Below are positions 59,984-64,000 of a stretch of 64,000 nt of DNA, in pieces. Numbering within the stretch: the stretch's first letter is position 1; each line of letters starts with the position of its first letter. The translations under genes were made by a program, and so were the position numbers. This stretch comes from Syntrophales bacterium (GTDB lineage: Bacteria; Desulfobacterota; Syntrophia; Syntrophales; UBA2210). The notes under the pieces were generated by a model. The model saw only the letters and a program-made list of their open reading frames with translations, did not search any database and was not told the origin of the DNA. The stretch lies in the NCBI GenBank assembly GCA_963662405.2, contig CAXXKT010000001.1, positions 384,001 to 448,000 of the forward strand. The letters run 5' to 3'.

Positions 59984-60454
59984 TCAACCGTGTGCATCAG
60001 TAAGATCGTCTATGGTCCACCACCTGACATCATCGATTCCCCGGACCATCTGATAGGCACCGACGGTGACACGAAAGAGGGCACAGCCAGTCGACCGAAG
60101 AAAGGATTCGAGATCGGGGTGCCTCTCCAGGTGCGCGTTGAGAGCGGTGTCCAGCCCTGCATCCGCGATCTCTTCCGCGCGGCCAAGCGCGGTGATGACG
60201 AAGCCTTCCCGCTGACCCGGGATGGACATGCCCCGGCCATCGATAAAGAGGGCTACTTTGGTGTTGCCGATCAGATTGCGGTACTTGCGTGTGCCGCGAT
60301 AGGTGGCGAAGAGGAGGTGCCGACAGTTTCCGGACGGTGTGATGGCTACCAGGCTCGCATGGGGCTGTCCGTCGTGCTCCGTCGTCAGAACGGCAAATCC
60401 TGCCGCCTGGAGCACCTTTTCGATCAACTGGATCATATCGGGTTGATGTTTCAT
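59984..60454 (-). CDS. Pyridoxamine 5'-phosphate oxidase-like FMN-binding protein
   Basis: AVLTT..DGQPHASLV, FATYRGTRKYRNL..NTKVALFID. Confidence 0.87.
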   Translation of the reverse strand: MKHQPDMIQLIEKVLQAAGFAVLTTEHDGQPHASLVAITPSGNCRHLLFATYRGTRKYRNLIGNTKVALFIDGRGMSIPGQREGFVITALGRAEEIADAGLDTALNAHLERHPDLESFLRSTGCALFRVTVGAYQMVRGIDDVRWWTIDDLTDAHG

Positions 60455-60565
60455 GTCGGGTTCAACCTGATGATGGCCCGGCGACGTTTCTGTTGCCGGA
60501 GGAAAACCGTTGAGCAGATACTTACTGATAATAAACAGAGAAACACACCAAACGGACTATACTGA

Positions 60566-60594
60566 AGGATACCCTTCCGACTTATCACGGTCAA
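60566..60594 (-). promoter_or_regulatory. Sigma70-type promoter
   Basis: TTGACC-17-TATCCT, the same hexamers as the leader elements. Confidence 0.55.
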
Positions 60595-60604
60595 GAATTA
60601 TGTG

Positions 60605-60695
60605 TTTAATTAGGGACAGCGCCCATTTTTGTAAATGCCTAAATTAAATCTTATTTTCTGTGATAGGAGAAAAATGGGCGCTGTCCCTAATTAAA
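60605..60695. repeat. REPIN-like perfect 26-bp inverted repeat
   Basis: TTTAATTAGGGACAGCGCCCATTTTT-39 nt-AAAAATGGGCGCTGTCCCTAATTAAA. Confidence 0.85.
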
Positions 60696-60701
60696 TCCTA
60701 A

Positions 60702-61577
60702 TTAAATATCGACCCCCAAGAACGTACGCAGCAGATAACCGATGAAGAAGCTGAACGCGGCGACGCTCAGGCTCAGGCCCGCCATTTCAATAAAGCGTTT
60801 TCTGAATGATTCGTCTTTGGCAACAGAAATGTAATAATTAAAAAGGGCGATGATCAGAACGGCACCGGCAAGCGTACATCCCAGACAGAGGTAATAGTCG
60901 TTGAGGACCAGATAGGGCAGGATGAGAAGCAGCACGGTAATCAGATAGGCAACGCCCGTGTAAGTCGATGCCCTCAAGGGATTCTTGGTCGTTTCTTCCG
61001 CCTTTGTGGAGAGGTATTCTGAGGCCCCCATCGAGAGGGCGGCGGCGATGCCGGTAATCGAACCGGTCAGGGCGATCAGCTTCGTGTTCTGCAGGGCCAG
61101 GGTCAGCCCCGCCAGCGCACCGGTCAGTTCAACAAGGGCGTCGTTGAGACCCAGGACCATGGAACCGGTATAGCGCAGCCGCTCCTCGTCCAAGAGTTCA
61201 AGGAGGGCGGTCTCGTGCTGGTTCTCCTCACGCATAATGATCTCAGCCTCCGGGATCTCGGCCCGGAGACGCTCATAGCTCTCCTGGGCACCCTGCTCCC
61301 CCTGCTCCATCAGCTTGACGCCGAAGGTAAACCCGAATAGGCGGCTGATCCAGTAGTATTTCCACATCTTCCACCGGTCGGGCGCTATATCCTCTTGGGT
61401 ATAGGTGCGCCAGGTGTGGTAATGCCGGAGTTCGTCGTTGGAGATATCTTCCAGTACCCGCCGGTTCGCGGGTTCGCGGACCCGCTCGGCCAGCCTTTTG
61501 TAAATATAATGTTCGGTGATTTCGTTCCGTTGAAAGGTCAGGACCTTCCGGCGAATTTCCGCGCTGACAGCCATCAT
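60702..61577 (-). CDS. Rubrerythrin-like/VIT1-CCC1 membrane protein (MbfA-like)
   Basis: Two ExxH motifs (DELRH, EENQH); VLGLNDAL, SMGASEYLS. Confidence 0.9.
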   Translation of the reverse strand: MMAVSAEIRRKVLTFQRNEITEHYIYKRLAERVREPANRRVLEDISNDELRHYHTWRTYTQEDIAPDRWKMWKYYWISRLFGFTFGVKLMEQGEQGAQESYERLRAEIPEAEIIMREENQHETALLELLDEERLRYTGSMVLGLNDALVELTGALAGLTLALQNTKLIALTGSITGIAAALSMGASEYLSTKAEETTKNPLRASTYTGVAYLITVLLLILPYLVLNDYYLCLGCTLAGAVLIIALFNYYISVAKDESFRKRFIEMAGLSLSVAAFSFFIGYLLRTFLGVDI

Positions 61578-61639
61578 TCAGCTCCTTGTATCTCTCTATT
61601 CAGATGCCCGGGTGATATAACCTCTTCAGGCGGGAGAAC

Positions 61640-62245
61640 CTATGACGGGCCCGTCAGCCTCAGCACCCCGGCCCGCTCCATGGCCGTGACCACCTCACAC
61701 AGAGGAAGACCGATCACATTGGTGTATGACCCCTGGATCTCCTTGATAAAAAAGGCCGCTTTTCCCTGGACGGCGTATCCTCCCGCCTTATCATACGGTT
61801 CATCCGTTCGCGTGTACCACTCCATCTCATCCGGGGAGATCTCCTTGAACAACACACCGGAACGGACGGAATCATTGACGACAGCACCCAGTCCTCCCTT
61901 TACGAGCGCGAACCCCGTTATGACGATGTGCTCACGACCGCTCAGCATGCCGAGCATCCGCTTCGCCTCGACGGGGGTTGCCGGTTTGCCCAGGACATCG
62001 CCGTCTATGACCACGATCGTATCCGCACCGAGGACCCACCGGGTCGGATGCGCCCGGGACACCGCGAGGGCCTTTTCTTTCGAAAGCCGCAGGACATGTT
62101 CTTCCGGTGATTCTCCGGCCACAGGACTCTCATCAACATCGCTCGGGATAATGTCGAAATCAGGTATCAGCGCCCTCAATAGCGTCCTGCGACGTGGTGA
62201 AGCGGACGCCAGTATAAAGGACGCTTGCATGTTCATAGTATTCAT
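61640..62245 (-). CDS. maf: Maf family nucleotide pyrophosphatase
   Basis: ILASASPRR, GADTIV, GKP, DKAGGYAVQG, NVIGLP. Confidence 0.95.
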   Translation of the reverse strand: MNTMNMQASFILASASPRRRTLLRALIPDFDIIPSDVDESPVAGESPEEHVLRLSKEKALAVSRAHPTRWVLGADTIVVIDGDVLGKPATPVEAKRMLGMLSGREHIVITGFALVKGGLGAVVNDSVRSGVLFKEISPDEMEWYTRTDEPYDKAGGYAVQGKAAFFIKEIQGSYTNVIGLPLCEVVTAMERAGVLRLTGPS

Positions 62246-62293
62246 GTCTCCTCATGTCATTTCATACGGGGCAAGGAACCACCCACCTCCCTA

Positions 62294-62695
62294 TCAGGGA
62301 CAGTCGGCAATAGATTTGACGATTATTTTCCTCACCCGGGGACCATCGAATTCACAGAAAAAGATCGACTGCCACGTCCCCAGGACAAGGGTCCCTCCCT
62401 CCACAATGAGAATCTCGGAGGGACCGATAATCGACGCCTTGATGTGCGCGGCTGAGTTACCCTCGATGTGCCGGTAGCCATCATTCAGAGGAACCATCTT
62501 ATCAAGCTCCATCAGGATATCTTTCGGCACATCGGGGTCCGCTTTTTCGTTAATCGTGACTGCTGCGGTCGTATGAAGCGTGTATACATAGCATATTCCG
62601 TTCGCCACACCACTTTTCCGGACGATGGAGGTAATCTCCCGCGTAATATCGATCATCTCAAAACGCGCCTTGGTCCTCACGGTCAACTGGTCCAT
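62294..62695 (-). CDS. yjbQ: YjbQ family protein
   Basis: HTTAAVTINE.ADPDV, HIEGNSAAHIK, LGTWQ, EFDGPR. Confidence 0.93.
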   Translation of the reverse strand: MDQLTVRTKARFEMIDITREITSIVRKSGVANGICYVYTLHTTAAVTINEKADPDVPKDILMELDKMVPLNDGYRHIEGNSAAHIKASIIGPSEILIVEGGTLVLGTWQSIFFCEFDGPRVRKIIVKSIADCP

Positions 62696-62887
62696 ACTGT
62701 CCTCCATAACAGCGGGGGATTCTCCCAAAAGGAATCATTCCCATTTTGAATATATCTTTTGACTTATCTTTTCTCATTGTCTATATTCCAGAAGTTACGT
62801 TGCTTCGGAGTCTACTCGATCCTCCGAATACTATTAAGGCATGTTCCTCGCCGCGCCAGTACGATAAAGGGCTTATCAACGCAAACC

Positions 62888-63577
62888 ATGAAACCTGAAG
62901 AGTTCTTGCAGGGGGTATCCCTCTTCCAATCTCTCAGCCGCAGCGACAGAGAGTGCCTTGCCGCTTCCCTCAAACGACGCTTATTGAAGAAGGGAGAGGC
63001 TCTCTTCCGCAAAGGGGATGAGGGAACGTCACTTTATATAGTACAGTCGGGTAGTGTCAAGGTTGTTCTTCCATCAGAGATGGGGGATGAGGTCGCGGCC
63101 GCCATTCTCTCTGAAGGAGATTTCTTCGGTGAGATGGCACTCCTGGACGGGATGCCGCGTTCGGCCGATGTGATAGCGCTCGAAGCTTCCGCGCTCCTGG
63201 CACTGAACCAAAGAGATTTTCTGGCTTTTCTAAAAGGAAATGAGGGGGCCATACAGGCGATCTTTTCCTACCTCACCATGCGGCTACGCAGAACCGATGA
63301 ACTGCTTGAAGATGCTTATTTCCTTAATATTTCAGCACGCCTCGCCAGAAGACTCGTCGAGCTGTCCGAAAAATACGGTCAACAAAGTGCGGAAGGAGGA
63401 CCGATAAAGATCGATCTGCGTCTGACACAGAAGGATCTTGCCAGTATTGTGGGAACAACTCGGGAAAGTGTCAACAAAGAACTGAGGGCTCTGCGTGAAA
63501 AGGGTTTCGTCGTCACCGAGGAAGATGCCCTGCACATTCTCAACTTTGAAGGTCTCAGAAAGCGTGCCCGCCTCTAA
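62888..63577 (+). CDS. Crp/Fnr family transcriptional regulator
   Basis: FFGEMALLDGMPRSA cNMP cassette; LTQKDLASIVGTTRESVNK HTH. Confidence 0.93.
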   Translation: MKPEEFLQGVSLFQSLSRSDRECLAASLKRRLLKKGEALFRKGDEGTSLYIVQSGSVKVVLPSEMGDEVAAAILSEGDFFGEMALLDGMPRSADVIALEASALLALNQRDFLAFLKGNEGAIQAIFSYLTMRLRRTDELLEDAYFLNISARLARRLVELSEKYGQQSAEGGPIKIDLRLTQKDLASIVGTTRESVNKELRALREKGFVVTEEDALHILNFEGLRKRARL

Positions 63578-63587
63578 TAGATTGTCA

Positions 63588-63603
63588 TGTGACGCACATC
63601 ACA
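63588..63603. promoter_or_regulatory. Consensus CRP box
   Basis: TGTGA-cgcaca-TCACA. Confidence 0.65.
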
Positions 63604-63761
63604 CCAAAGCGATGAAGCGCCTCATTGCTTTGACCGCCCATCTCTAGTATACGGCTGGAGAATAGGTTTGTGTACCCATAATATTCCGCGCTTTTGCATG
63701 CCGCTGCCCCGCAGAGCGGGGTGATGGCATTTCGGCAGGAAAGAATTGGTAGTGTATATTC

Positions 63762-64000
63762 ATGATTCCTCCGTACGATCCATATATTCCTGTGATCCTC
63801 TCGGCACTTTTGGGCGCCGTCGTGGGTAGTTTCCTCAACGTATGCATCTACCGCATCCCGGAGGGACGATCCATCGTCTTCCCGGCTTCACACTGCCCTG
63901 TCTGTTCGCAACCGATACGATGGTATGACAACGTACCGATTATCAGTTTTCTGATTCTCAAGGGAAAATGCAGAAAATGCGCGCAAAGAATATCCCCCCT
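63762..64000 (+). CDS. pilD: Prepilin peptidase (5' part; absent from the ORF track)
   Basis: GAVVGSFLNVCIYRIP...SHCPVC...WYDNVPIISFLILKGKCRKC. Confidence 0.93.
   Translation, partial: MIPPYDPYIPVILSALLGAVVGSFLNVCIYRIPEGRSIVFPASHCPVCSQPIRWYDNVPIISFLILKGKCRKCAQRISP

Noticed and set aside
61395..62477. 360-aa plus-strand ORF
   Set aside because: Spans three well-supported minus-strand genes

Overview
Bacterial window whose gene content suggests an anaerobic deltaproteobacterium (Desulfobacterota/Syntrophales-like); this assignment is an inference. Housekeeping blocks (pcrA-adk; PTS EIID-ptsH-ptsI-plsB-like; eno; maf-yjbQ; crp-like-pilD) alternate with accessory regions. Two complete, divergent V/A-type ATPase operons are present. 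One is archaeal-like with a Na+-type rotor, the other is GC-rich with an H+-type rotor. There are three IS elements (IS110, IS3, IS1595). The most notable non-coding signal is a family of seven minus-strand leader elements of the form sigma70 promoter - Shine-Dalgarno - ATG-GYN-TGA (two-codon ORF) - covarying terminator hairpin. Each sits in front of an unrelated cargo gene, and four of them form a cassette-like array at 48-53.5 kb. The IS110 carries a readable bridge-RNA-like region and is inserted in a Shine-Dalgarno sequence. An unannotated UxxC selenoprotein and a secreted Hint-domain protein are also present. No tRNA, rRNA or CRISPR array was seen.
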